Shown: positions 1 to 8,888 of the stretch, piece after piece | How the letters are laid out: every line of letters begins with the position of its first letter | Position numbering within the stretch: the stretch's first letter is position 1 | Source: Nitrospinota bacterium | GTDB lineage: Bacteria > UBA8248 | DNA length: 44,183 nt | Reading direction: 5' to 3' | NCBI GenBank assembly: GCA_030754595.1 | Contig: JASLZZ010000117.1 | Coordinates: 1 to 44,183 of the forward strand | Program-made: the position numbers and the translations under genes | Notes under the pieces: model-generated | Database searches by the model: none | Told to the model about the DNA's origin: nothing | Seen by the model: only the letters and a program-made list of their open reading frames with translations

Positions 1-88
1 TTTCTGACGCTCAAGTGGTAGAGTAAAAAGTTGAAAGATAGATATCCGGTTCAAAAATTCTTGCGCTCCTTGGGTAAGGGGAAAGTAG

Positions 89-873
89 ATGCCTGAAATC
101 GGTGTGGTGGCGGATGTGGACCTCGCAAGGCTGAGGGCAGCGGTTCAAAACGAATACGCTGTGGTGGCGAACCAACCCGGCAAGGGCTTTCACTTTCACA
201 CAGGGAGGCCGCTGGCGAAGCTTCTGGGGTATTCGGACGAATGGCTCGAGGGGATTCCCGAGAGCGCGGCTGAATCCCTCGCGGGTACGGGGAATCCGTT
301 TTCCCTGGGCGAAATCCGGCAGGGTGAGCGCGTGGTGGACATCGGCTGCGGCGCCGGGATGGACAGTTTTCTAGCCGCAAAGTTTGTAGGCGAATATGGC
401 CGCGTCGTCGGCGTGGACATGACGCCGACATGCTGGGCAAGGCCCGGGCAGCCGCTGAGGCGGCGAACATCGGGAGCATCGAGTTCAAGGAAGCCCTGGC
501 GGAGGAGCTTCCGGTGCCGGACGGCTGGGCCGACGTGGTGATTTCGAACGGGGTGGTGAACCTTTGCCCGGACAAGCCCCTGGTGTTCGCGGAACTCCTC
601 CGTATCCTCAAGCCGGCCGGCAGACTTCAGATTGCCGATATCCTGGTGGACAAGCCGGTGCCCGAGGAGGTGAAAAGCGAGATCGATCTATGGACCGGCT
701 GAATCGCAGGCGCTCTGCTTGAGGCAGAGCTCGAGTCGGTCGTCACCCGGCCGGGTTTTGAGGATTTCGAGATCACATGGCGGAAAGATGTTTTCGCGGG
801 GTCCCCCCAGGACTCAAGCGCCGCCGCGTTCGGGACTGTGGGGGTCAACTTCCGGGCGCGAAAGCCCGCCTGA
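89..873 (+). CDS. ArsM-like (arsenite methyltransferase family) SAM-dependent methyltransferase, probable selenoprotein (UGA 700-702); 1-nt frameshift at ~425-429, so possibly a pseudogene
   Basis: ORF 89.. has GxGNP and the SAM motif VVDIGCGAG; the frame starting at 430 continues MLGKAR..DVVISNGVVNL..LKPAGRL..LWTG-TGA-IAGAL (ArsM WxGCIAGAL) and stays open 56 more codons to TGA 871-873; restored length 261 aa. Confidence 0.8.
704..734 (+). promoter_or_regulatory. Candidate bacterial SECIS hairpin
   Basis: GCTCTGC(712-718)/GCAGAGC(724-730) perfect 7-bp stem, G-containing loop TTGAG starting 16 nt after the UGA; short lower stem TCG/CGA. Confidence 0.65.
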
Positions 874-1635
874 TCAAATTTCCTGAATTTCCTCGAGCAC
901 CCGCCGGGTGTTCGGGGCGGTGGGACTCTGCCCACCTGCGTGGCTCGCGAGGCGTGCGCGAAGGCGCTCCAGGTCCCCGGTTGTATCCACATCGCTCCAC
1001 TCAGGAAGGGTGTGAAGCCGGTGGCACGAGGATTCGAGCCTTTCCGTCTGCGCCCGGAAAACCCCGGAGCCTCCCCATTCCATTCCCGAGAAGAGACCCG
1101 GCGAGAGGCGGTTCAACCCGATGAGATAGTAGCCGCCGTCCATGGACGGCCCGAGGGCGGCGCAGGGCACACCCGGCACGGCCCGCTCCATCTCCTCCAA
1201 GGCGGCGAAGGCCTCGATCACAATCTCCGCCGGAAGATCCGGAAAATCGGTGCCTATCAACACAGCCCGCCGCGGACGGCCCGTCATGTTCCCGGCGGCG
1301 AGCCGCCTCCCCAGCGCGGCCCCCATTCGCTCGCCGAGATCGCGCCCGCTCTGGGCGCGGTGAAGAAACGGCCCCGGCAGCCAGAAGTCGAGGGGCATCG
1401 CCCCAAGAGGCAGTGCCTCGGAGGACAGTGCCCCAGGAGGGACGTTTTCGATGGCCCATTCCGCCGTGAGTCCGGCAGAGGGCCTTGCCTCGTGCACCTG
1501 AGCACCCACCTCCGCCGCATCCGCCAGAAATGCCCGGTAGAGCCGGGCAGCCCCCTCGGCGCCGAGGGCCGGGATGAGGCGCGTCTTGACCCGGCCCGGG
1601 GTAGGGGGGCGGGCGAATAGAATGAGGCTTTCCAT
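874..1635 (-). CDS. TIGR04282/DUF2064 family CofC-like (glycosyl)transferase, rSAM/selenodomain- and arsenosugar-associated
   Basis: Motifs FARPPxPGRVKTRL, QxGxDLGERM, LIGTDxPDL, LGPSxDGGYYLIG, WxDVDT; start could be 1656. Confidence 0.85.
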   Translation of the reverse strand: MESLILFARPPTPGRVKTRLIPALGAEGAARLYRAFLADAAEVGAQVHEARPSAGLTAEWAIENVPPGALSSEALPLGAMPLDFWLPGPFLHRAQSGRDLGERMGAALGRRLAAGNMTGRPRRAVLIGTDFPDLPAEIVIEAFAALEEMERAVPGVPCAALGPSMDGGYYLIGLNRLSPGLFSGMEWGGSGVFRAQTERLESSCHRLHTLPEWSDVDTTGDLERLRARLASHAGGQSPTAPNTRRVLEEIQEI

Positions 1636-1799
1636 GGGGGAATCCGCTTTATTCATCCGGATAAAAAGACCTCGAAAGCAATCCAAATAAGCAGTTCACA
1701 GGAAAAAATCATGGAGCCCGGTAGCGTCGACTGCTAGAATGCGCCGCCTGCCCTGAGGGTGGCAATTCCCTTTCAACCAATAGGACAACGGAAAAGGAT

Positions 1800-2243
1800 A
1801 TGGAATTCAATCAGGAAGTGCTCATCGCGGCCCCCCGCGAGAAGGTTTGGGAGTTTATCTGGAGCGTCGAGGAGTTCGCGGCCTGCGTGCCGGGCGTCAC
1901 GGGCGTCGAAAAGGTGGACGATACGCATTACGGCGTGACGGTCGAGCAGAAGATCAGCTTTCTCAAGGCGAAGTTCAATCTTCAGATCGAGGTGGTCGAG
2001 CAGTGCGCGCCCGAATTTATCCGCACCGCGGGGGAGGGGAAGGACTCGAAAATCGCGGCCAGCCTCAAGCAGGCGAACGTGGTGACGCTCGAGGCCATCT
2101 CGGAGGGGGAGACCAAGGTCGTCATCCAGTCGCGGGTCGATGTTTTCGGCAAGCTCGGCTCGCTGGGTTTCAGTGTGATCAAAAACCAGGCGAATAAGAT
2201 TTTCAAGGAGTTCGCGATGAATTTGAAGGCTAAATTTGAATAA
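1800..2243 (+). CDS. CoxG/SRPBCC (START-like) family protein
   Basis: APREKVWEF..ACVPGV..GKLGSLGFSVIK pattern of CoxG; AAGGA upstream. Confidence 0.8.
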   Translation: MEFNQEVLIAAPREKVWEFIWSVEEFAACVPGVTGVEKVDDTHYGVTVEQKISFLKAKFNLQIEVVEQCAPEFIRTAGEGKDSKIAASLKQANVVTLEAISEGETKVVIQSRVDVFGKLGSLGFSVIKNQANKIFKEFAMNLKAKFE

Positions 2244-2486
2244 ACCGGGAACAAGGCGAAAATCTCAATCACAATCGAGGGAATCCCGTTTAACATATTT
2301 ATATTTATGAAGTAACAAAGAAAACCGCCGGGCGGCTGGCTCAAGAGCGCCGGCCTCGTGGGGGAATGGCTCGATTGCGGTGATCTCCCCGGAGCCGGCC
2401 TCGCGGCCTCGGGCCAGTTAGCCTCTGCCGGCGGCCCCGGCCTGAGAGCCTTTGTCGGATGGCCCTGGCTATATGGGCGGCCCCGG

Positions 2487-3857
2487 CTAGGAAGCCTCCT
2501 CGACCCGGCCCAGAAGGGCGCCCAGCTCCCTCGCCGGGACACTCTCGAGCCGCGATACGGCGTCGGCGATCTCACCCCTCAGCCCCTCGGTGGTGTGCGG
2601 CCCGCACAGCGCATCGAACTTGCCGCGCACCGACTCCCAGCTCATCGGCGAGGCCGGGAACCCCTCGTAGCCCGGTTTTTCCTTTTCGAAGACAGTACCG
2701 TCCTTCATCTCGATCCTGAGCCGCACGGGCGATTGGGCGGGATATCGCGCCGTCAGATCGTCCCCGCAGGTGATGTTCACCCGCCGGAGGAGCGCCTGAA
2801 CATCCTCGGCCCGGATGCGCTCGATCTCGTACTGCGCCGGCATCACCTCCCCGTCGATGAGCGCGGCCGCCAGAACATAAGGAAGGCTGTGGTCGGCGGT
2901 CTCCTTGTTCCGGATGTCGTGCTTGTCCCCCGCGCCGCCTCCGCCCATGATGTAAAAGGCTCGCTCGTAGGTCTCCAGCTCCACCCGCTCGATCTCGCCC
3001 GGTGAGATGTTGTGCTCGTTCTTCAGCTCGATGACGCCCTCGATGCCCGTCTGGGAGTGCACCCCCGCGTTGTATTTCTTGATGCTGATGCCGAGCACCT
3101 TTTCAAGGTTCTCGCTCTCCCAGTCGATCTCAAAGGGTCCGGTGATGGCCTCGAAGAGCCCGCGCGGGCCCTCGAAGATTTCCACCGGCCCCGTCACCCC
3201 GCGCATGGCGAGAAACACCGCGTGGATGGCGTTTAAGGCCGCGTCGGCGGTGGCGAATCCCTTCCAGTGGGAGATTTGCCCCGTCCGCGAGATGAACAGG
3301 GGGTTGTGGGAGGCCCCGCTCAGGGCGACGGCGTGCGCCGCTCGCTCCGGGCCGACCCCCAGGGCGCGCGCCGCCCCCGCCGCCACGGAGTAGGAGATGG
3401 CGAGCCCCTGATCGAAGCCGTTCTTTTCCGAGGGCGCGAGGTCGCAGAACCGGCACTGCACCTGATAGGCGAGCGCGAGGGCGGCCATGAAATCCCGTCC
3501 GGAGGCGCCGGCGTACTCCGCCGCCGCAAGCACAGCGCCCATGTTGTCGCTCGGGTGCGAGGTGCCCATCGCGCCCATGTAGCCGTCGCTGATGTCGAGA
3601 TAGCGGACGAGCGAGGTGTTGTAGAAGGCCGCCCGGTCGGGGGCGGTCGATCCCCCGCCGATGAGGGTGCAGCTCCCGTTTCCCCCGAAATCGTCGGCTT
3701 GCGCGCGTAAATAGCGGATGGGCTCGGCCCCCAGCGACCCGATGGCGCAGCCGATCGTGTCGAGGACGAGGAGCTTTACCTGATTCCGCGCGGCCTCTGA
3801 AAGATCGTCGTAGGACGCGCCCGCCGCGAAGGCGGCGAGCCGTTCGGCGGTGGTCAT
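2487..3857 (-). CDS. MmgE/PrpD family protein
   Basis: LDTIGCAIG, AAFYN..RYLD, HPSDN, ETADHSLPY motifs; start MTTAERLA preceded by GGAG. Confidence 0.9.
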   Translation of the reverse strand: MTTAERLAAFAAGASYDDLSEAARNQVKLLVLDTIGCAIGSLGAEPIRYLRAQADDFGGNGSCTLIGGGSTAPDRAAFYNTSLVRYLDISDGYMGAMGTSHPSDNMGAVLAAAEYAGASGRDFMAALALAYQVQCRFCDLAPSEKNGFDQGLAISYSVAAGAARALGVGPERAAHAVALSGASHNPLFISRTGQISHWKGFATADAALNAIHAVFLAMRGVTGPVEIFEGPRGLFEAITGPFEIDWESENLEKVLGISIKKYNAGVHSQTGIEGVIELKNEHNISPGEIERVELETYERAFYIMGGGGAGDKHDIRNKETADHSLPYVLAAALIDGEVMPAQYEIERIRAEDVQALLRRVNITCGDDLTARYPAQSPVRLRIEMKDGTVFEKEKPGYEGFPASPMSWESVRGKFDALCGPHTTEGLRGEIADAVSRLESVPARELGALLGRVEEAS

Positions 3858-3886
3858 GTGCGGTCTCCGATTTTTTTTTTGAAAAG

Positions 3887-4302
3887 CTAGGGCCGCTCGA
3901 TGGTCCACTCCTCGGCCAGCTCGCGGGTGCTTTCGCGGAAGAGGGCCGAAATCGGGCAGCGCCCGAAGTGTTGGCGCTTGAGTTCCGCGACCCGCTCGTC
4001 GGGCTCGTCCGTCACGAGGCGGATTTTCACCTCGACGTGATCGAAATTCGGAGAAATGCTGTTGTCGGCGTTCCTGGGACCCTGCGGGTCGGCAGTTCCG
4101 CGCACCTCGATGGATTGATCGATCACATTAAAATCCATCCCCTTGGCCACCTTCCCCGTAATCACCGTTCCGCCCGCTTTCAGGGGCTCGTCGGCGTAAA
4201 AGTGTGGCTCCGGGCCTTTAGCTCGATTTTGCACTCGCCGAGTTTGCTTGCGCGAACCCGCCTCTCCTGTTTGACCACCGCTGCGTCGAGGGTGTCTGCC
4301 AT
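3887..4302 (-). pseudogene. OsmC/Ohr-like protein remnant (frameshift plus internal deletion)
   Basis: AGGAGA RBS and ATG at 4302 (MADTLDAAVV..RSHTF); -1 slip in the A/T run at ~4198-4201 into YADEPLKAGGT..RCPIS; the GPxPxExLLxxLxxC segment expected after DEP..GG is absent. Confidence 0.7.
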
Positions 4303-4446
4303 CTGTCCAGTCTCCTAAAGAGAAAAGTATTATTGAAATCTTCCGCACAGAAAATTTCAGCCAAAATCAGGCAAGCGAAAAAATTAGCGAGCGCGATTAT
4401 GGGGACGACCCGCCGCCGCGAGAAGCGGCAAGTCATCCACTATCCC

Positions 4447-5508
4447 CTAGTCGAACAGCACCGCGCCGCGGCCGGTGATTTTATTGTCCTGAATCAACCC
4501 GAAAGCTTTTTCGGTCTCCTCGAGCCGGAAGGTCTGGGTGACGATGGGATTGATCTTACCCATCTGGATGAGGTCGAGCGAGCGGCGAAGCTCGATCATC
4601 GAACAATAGCGAGAGCCGTGAATCTCCTGGGCGAAGGAGAGCAGCTTTTGCGGATCGACGGTGAACTTCGGCGATATGCCGCCGAATGCCGCGGGCGGGC
4701 GCGAGCCGACGATGACCAGCTTGCCGCCGCGTCCGAGGCAGGCCACGCCCGCCTCGAGGGTTTCCTTCGAGGCCACGTAGTCGATGTATGCGTCCACCCC
4801 CCGCCCGCCGGTGAGGGCCATGATCTCCTCGCCGGGATCGGTGTTCGATGCGTCTATCGTGGCGAACGCTCCAAGTTCGGAGACGGTCTCGAGCTTTTGA
4901 CTCGAAATATCCACGCCGATGACCTGGCCCCCGCAGATTTGAGCCATCTGGACGGCATGGATCGCTACCCCGCCGCCGGCCCCGATGATAGCGACAACAT
5001 CGCCCGGTTTGATCTGCGCCTCGGCGGTGCAGTTGTGGTAAGGAGTGCAGATGCCGTCGGCCGCGACGCAGGCGTCCACCGGGCTGACGCCCTCGGGAAT
5101 CTTGCACAGATTGAGCGCGGGGATGGAGGCGTACTCCGCGAAGCCGCCGTCGAGGACAAGGCCGACATACCCCTTGAATTCCGTGCAGAGGGTTTCCCGG
5201 CCGCTTCGGCAGAAGTTGCACGAGTGACAGACAAGATAAAAATGGCAGGTGACCAGGTCCCCGAGCGCGACGTTTTCCACCTCGGAGCCGATCTCGATGA
5301 CCTCGGCGGCGATCTCGTGGCCCATGATTCGCGGAAACTTGTCAATGAGCCCCGGCGTTCTCCGCATGAGAACGGGGGTGAGGCCCACGCCGGTGGCCTT
5401 GAGTTTGACGAGGGCGTCGTTGGGACCCGGGGAGGGAACGGGCACTTCCTCGAGCTGGAACGCGCCGCCCAGTTCGTGAACGCGCATCGCCTTCATTGTG
5501 GATGGCAT
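4447..5508 (-). CDS. Zn-binding medium-chain dehydrogenase/reductase (ADH-like)
   Basis: GHE motif, structural Zn CxxCxxCx7C, GAGGGV nucleotide-binding loop, C-terminal GRAVL; RBS GAGGAG. Confidence 0.9.
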   Translation of the reverse strand: MPSTMKAMRVHELGGAFQLEEVPVPSPGPNDALVKLKATGVGLTPVLMRRTPGLIDKFPRIMGHEIAAEVIEIGSEVENVALGDLVTCHFYLVCHSCNFCRSGRETLCTEFKGYVGLVLDGGFAEYASIPALNLCKIPEGVSPVDACVAADGICTPYHNCTAEAQIKPGDVVAIIGAGGGVAIHAVQMAQICGGQVIGVDISSQKLETVSELGAFATIDASNTDPGEEIMALTGGRGVDAYIDYVASKETLEAGVACLGRGGKLVIVGSRPPAAFGGISPKFTVDPQKLLSFAQEIHGSRYCSMIELRRSLDLIQMGKINPIVTQTFRLEETEKAFGLIQDNKITGRGAVLFD

Positions 5509-5645
5509 GATTGGGCTTCTCCTCTGGGATGAAAATTTAAGATGCCGCCTGAGCCGAATGAATGGATTATACGCCCTACCGCTACTTTGTGCCCCCCCGC
5601 CACGGGTGTCCAGCGCCGGAGGCCATGCAAGAGAAGCGGAGGGGA

Positions 5646-5855
5646 TTAAACCCCCTGGTCGATGGTCGGGTAGCGCGGGCTGCCGCAGTTTGGGCAGTTG
5701 TCGGTGAAGGGAACCGTTTCGCCGCAGCGGGGGCAGTTCATTTGAACGGGCTGGTTGTCGAGACTCTCCGAGGATTCTTCCAGGAGTTCTTTGAAAGTGG
5801 GGGCGCGGAAATGGTGTACGATGCGCTTCCAGAGGTTTTTGGGAGGCTTCGTCAT
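5646..5855 (-). CDS. Small hypothetical protein with zinc ribbon (CPRC..CPNC)
   Basis: 69-aa ORF from ATG 5855 with GGAG upstream; two CxxC pairs. Confidence 0.55.
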   Translation of the reverse strand: MTKPPKNLWKRIVHHFRAPTFKELLEESSESLDNQPVQMNCPRCGETVPFTDNCPNCGSPRYPTIDQGV

Positions 5856-6107
5856 CGACTGCGGCTCTCCAAGGGGTTGGCGGGGCCGGTTTTCGTGGCC
5901 GGAATTGGGGCAGGAATCAGGCGGCCCGAGGGTTTTCTTTTCCTCGGTCCTTTTCCTCAATAATGACCCTCATAATGATTATAACGGCTGGACGCCGTGG
6001 GCAAGGCGGGTGAAGAGGGAAAAAAGAGTGAATTTGAGAAATGTTGCGTAATTGATTCGGGAATGGAACTTCAGTTTCTCTTCTAATATCTCAAGGATGA
6101 TCCGAAG

Positions 6108-6500
6108 GTGATTTTCCGGCTGTTTCTTCTATTTACGGCGGTCCCGCTTCTCGAGTTGATGATTCTGATCGAGCTGGGAAGCGCGACGGGGCTTGGCCCC
6201 ACCATCGGGATAGTACTCCTGACGGGGGCGGTGGGCGCCTGGGCGGCGCGTACCCAGGGTTTCTACGTTTTGACCCAGATCCAGAGCGAACTCGGCTCCG
6301 GCCAGCTCCCCGCGGCCCAGCTTGTCGAGGGGGCGATGGTCCTCGTCGGCGGGGTGCTCCTGATCACGCCGGGGCTTTTGACGGATTTCACGGGCTTCGC
6401 CCTCATGGTTCCGGCGGTGCGGAGGGTGATCCGGGAGATGTTGATGCGAAAATTCGGGGAGATGGTGGAGGAGGGAAGGGTGCAGATTCACCGTGGCTGA
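6108..6500 (+). CDS. fxsA: FxsA family membrane protein
   Basis: LFLLFTAVPLLEL, GGVLLITPGLLTD motifs. Confidence 0.9.
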   Translation: MIFRLFLLFTAVPLLELMILIELGSATGLGPTIGIVLLTGAVGAWAARTQGFYVLTQIQSELGSGQLPAAQLVEGAMVLVGGVLLITPGLLTDFTGFALMVPAVRRVIREMLMRKFGEMVEEGRVQIHRG

Positions 6501-7422
6501 AGCGCGCGCGTACCGGGAGAGCGACCGGAAGGCCCTTCTGGCCCTCATGGCCGAGGCCTACGGCGATCAGGGGGGGAATCGGAATTTCGATAATCTGGTC
6601 TCCGGTGGCGAGGGCCTGTGGCTGGTTGTCTCAACACCTGCCGCCTCCACTGCTGCCTCCGCTTCTGGAAACTTCGAGGGGTTTTGCCGCCTTGTTCCGG
6701 ACGAGGAGACCCGCGCCCGCCGCCGCGCGTGCATGGACATGCTTTACGTCAAGGAGGGCGCCCGGCGCGACGACCTTGGCCGCGCCCTCATCGGCGCCGT
6801 GCGAGAGGCGGCGTCGGAAAACGATTTCGAAGGGATTTGGGGATATTTTAACGATTCGCTCGACCTGGATTTTCTCGTGGCGACCGGTGGCCGGCTGCTC
6901 CGCGAGATCCGGCTGCTCCGAAACGAGCGGCTCGATGATGTGGCTCCCCCGAAGCTGCCCTAGGGATACCGGATTCGCCCAGTCTCCCCCCCGGCGATCT
7001 CGAACTCGCCTCGGCCATCTATAACGCCACGTTCTCTCAAATGTGGAATTTCCGCCCGCACACGAGCGGGGACATCGCCGGGTGGTTCGAGGGGAGCGAT
7101 ACGGCGCCCGAGGACTGTTTGATCCTGGTTTACGAGGGAAAGAGCGGGTCCCGGACCTTTGGGGCGGGGATCGCGGTGATGGCGGCCGATCCGGCGCGCG
7201 CGAAGGACCCGGACCCGGCGGCTTATGTGCCAGACGTCGGGGTCGCTCCCTCGCACCGCCGGCTGGGCCTCGGGGAAGCGCTCATGGCCGCCATGGCCGG
7301 GCCAAGGAAAAAGGGCTCGCCATCATCGAACTCATCTCCGACGACCGCGATTCCGCCGCGAAGGCGTTTTACGGAAAGCTCGGTTTCGATGAGATGGGAA
7401 AATCATCGTCTACGAATGGTGA
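6493..7422 (+). pseudogene. Tandem GNAT acetyltransferase (MshD-like two-domain), disrupted
   Basis: Domain 1 (LYVKEGARRDDLGRALI); in-frame TAG 6961-6963 in linker LP*GYRIRP; three -1 shifts (C7 run ~6986-6992, ~7300, A run ~7399-7402) rebuild domain 2 (VGVAPSHRRLGLGEALM..AFYGKLGF..IIVYEW*). Confidence 0.8.
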
Positions 7423-7424
7423 GA

Positions 7425-7572
7425 TCCCCCTCTGGGGGACCTCAAGGCGAACACCTTAGGGGTGACACCTTCCGGTGCGGTGCCCTCGGGTCTAAGTCAG
7501 CAGGGTGAAGCCCTGCCAGGATCAAGAGCCGCAGGGGCAAATAACCCCTGGGGTGGAACCCCTCAAGTCCTA
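7425..7572 (-). ncRNA. ssrS: Probable compact 6S RNA
   Basis: Minus strand folds by eye into a rod: closing stems GGACUUGAGG/CCUUGAGGUCC, CACC/GGUG, AGGGGU/ACCCCU; central bubble; inner stems GCGG/CCGC, CUCUUG/CGAGGG; terminal GCAGGG-CUUCA-CCCUGC; GACUUA..GAGGGCACC.CACC..GGU resembles the 3' half of Bacillus-type 6S RNA (from memory). Confidence 0.6.
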
Positions 7573-8861
7573 AGCCGGGCGCAAAGGTAGTCTCCGATTC
7601 CGGCCCTTTCGATTTTCTCCTGCCGGCTCTCGGCCATCTCGCGCAGCGCCACGACCCTCCCGGAGATTTCGTCCTCTCCCAGCACAATCACATAGCGCGC
7701 TCCCGAGCGGTCGGCGCGCTTCATCTGGCTCTTCATGCTCCCGCCGCCGAAGGTCCGGTCGGTGCGCAGGCCCCGCCCGCGAAGCTCCGAGGCGAGAGTG
7801 AGAGACTCGGCCTCGGAGCTCTCGCCCAGCGCCACGATGAACACTTCGATCGGCTGCTCCCGGGCGTCCCACCCGGGCCCGAGGTCCGTTTTCTCGGTGA
7901 GCTGAAGCAGGCGCTCCATCCCGATGGCGAAGCCGATGGCGGGGGTGGGGGGGCCGCCGAGCTCCTCGACCAGCCCGTCGTAGCGGCCGCCGCCGCAGAC
8001 CGCGTTTTGCGCCCCCAAATTCTCGCTCGTCACTTCGAAAACCGTCAGGCAGTAATAGTCCAGCCCGCGGACGAGGGCCGTGTTCCGCTCGTAGCGGACG
8101 CCCCCCCGATCGAGATGGCGGCACAGGGTGCCGAGGTGACGCCGGCACCGCTCGTTCCAGAATTGATCGATAGTCGGCGCGCGCGCGATGATCTCGGCGT
8201 GAGCGGGGTCCTTGCTGTCCAGAAAGCGGAGCGGATTCCGCTCGATGCGCTTGGCGAGGCCTTCGCCCATCCCGTCGGCGCCTATCCCGGCGGTTTCTTC
8301 GCGCAAGAATTCGAGAAGCGCCGCCGCGTACACCGGCCGGCACTCGGCGTCCCCGATGTTGTTGAGCTGGAGGGAGAGCCCGGAGAGCCCCATGGCCTCT
8401 AAAAATTCCATCAGCATGAAGATCACCTCGGCGTCGAGGGCCGGATCGTCGGTTCCCAGTGCCTCGGCGTCGATCTGGTGAAACTGGCGGTAGCGGCCCG
8501 CTTGGGGGCGCTCGTAGCGGAACATCGGCCCCGTGCAAAACAACTTGGCCACCCCGGCCTGGGCGTATAGGCTGTTCTGGACGTATGCGCGGCAGATCGA
8601 GGCGGTGGCCTCGGGGCGCAGCGTGATCGAGTCGCCGCCTTTGTCCTCGAAGGTGTACATCTCCTTGGTGACGATGTCGGTCCCTTCGCCGATGCCCCGC
8701 GAGAAGAGCTCGGTCCGCTCGAAGGCGGGGACGCGGATCTCCCCGTACCCGTAGCGCGCGAAAATATCGCGGGCCACCCGCTCGGCCTCCGACCAGCGGC
8801 GGGCTTCCTCGGGGAGGATATCCTTCACGCCGCGAACGGCGGTGAGCTTTTGCCTGGCCAA
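7563..8861 (-). CDS. hisS: Histidine--tRNA ligase
   Basis: RGVKDILP, KEMYTF, LRPEATA, FRYERPQAGRYRQFHQ, VRGLDYY, GGGRYD; likely TTG start at 8861 after GGGAG. Confidence 0.97.
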   Translation of the reverse strand: MARQKLTAVRGVKDILPEEARRWSEAERVARDIFARYGYGEIRVPAFERTELFSRGIGEGTDIVTKEMYTFEDKGGDSITLRPEATASICRAYVQNSLYAQAGVAKLFCTGPMFRYERPQAGRYRQFHQIDAEALGTDDPALDAEVIFMLMEFLEAMGLSGLSLQLNNIGDAECRPVYAAALLEFLREETAGIGADGMGEGLAKRIERNPLRFLDSKDPAHAEIIARAPTIDQFWNERCRRHLGTLCRHLDRGGVRYERNTALVRGLDYYCLTVFEVTSENLGAQNAVCGGGRYDGLVEELGGPPTPAIGFAIGMERLLQLTEKTDLGPGWDAREQPIEVFIVALGESSEAESLTLASELRGRGLRTDRTFGGGSMKSQMKRADRSGARYVIVLGEDEISGRVVALREMAESRQEKIERAGIGDYLCARLRT

Positions 8862-8888
8862 GCCGGATGCTCCCAAGAATGAAATCGA

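Noticed and set aside
1..35. ttc TGA cgc at the window edge as another Sec codon
   Set aside because: Truncated context; all frames close within a few codons; cannot be supported
2330..2486. GC-rich spacer with ctctcagg..cagagg on the minus strand, resembling a glycine riboswitch 3' end
   Set aside because: The 5' GGAGA and CCGAAG elements are missing and there is no downstream gene in that orientation
6961..6963. In-frame TAG as pyrrolysine or read-through
   Set aside because: Three further frameshifts follow; a simple nonsense mutation explains it better
7480..7560. tRNA-Sec (CUUCA loop) or SRP RNA (CCGGAAGG)
   Set aside because: No T-arm GTTCRA, acceptor stem or CCA; lacks the SRP CAGG/AGCA internal loop
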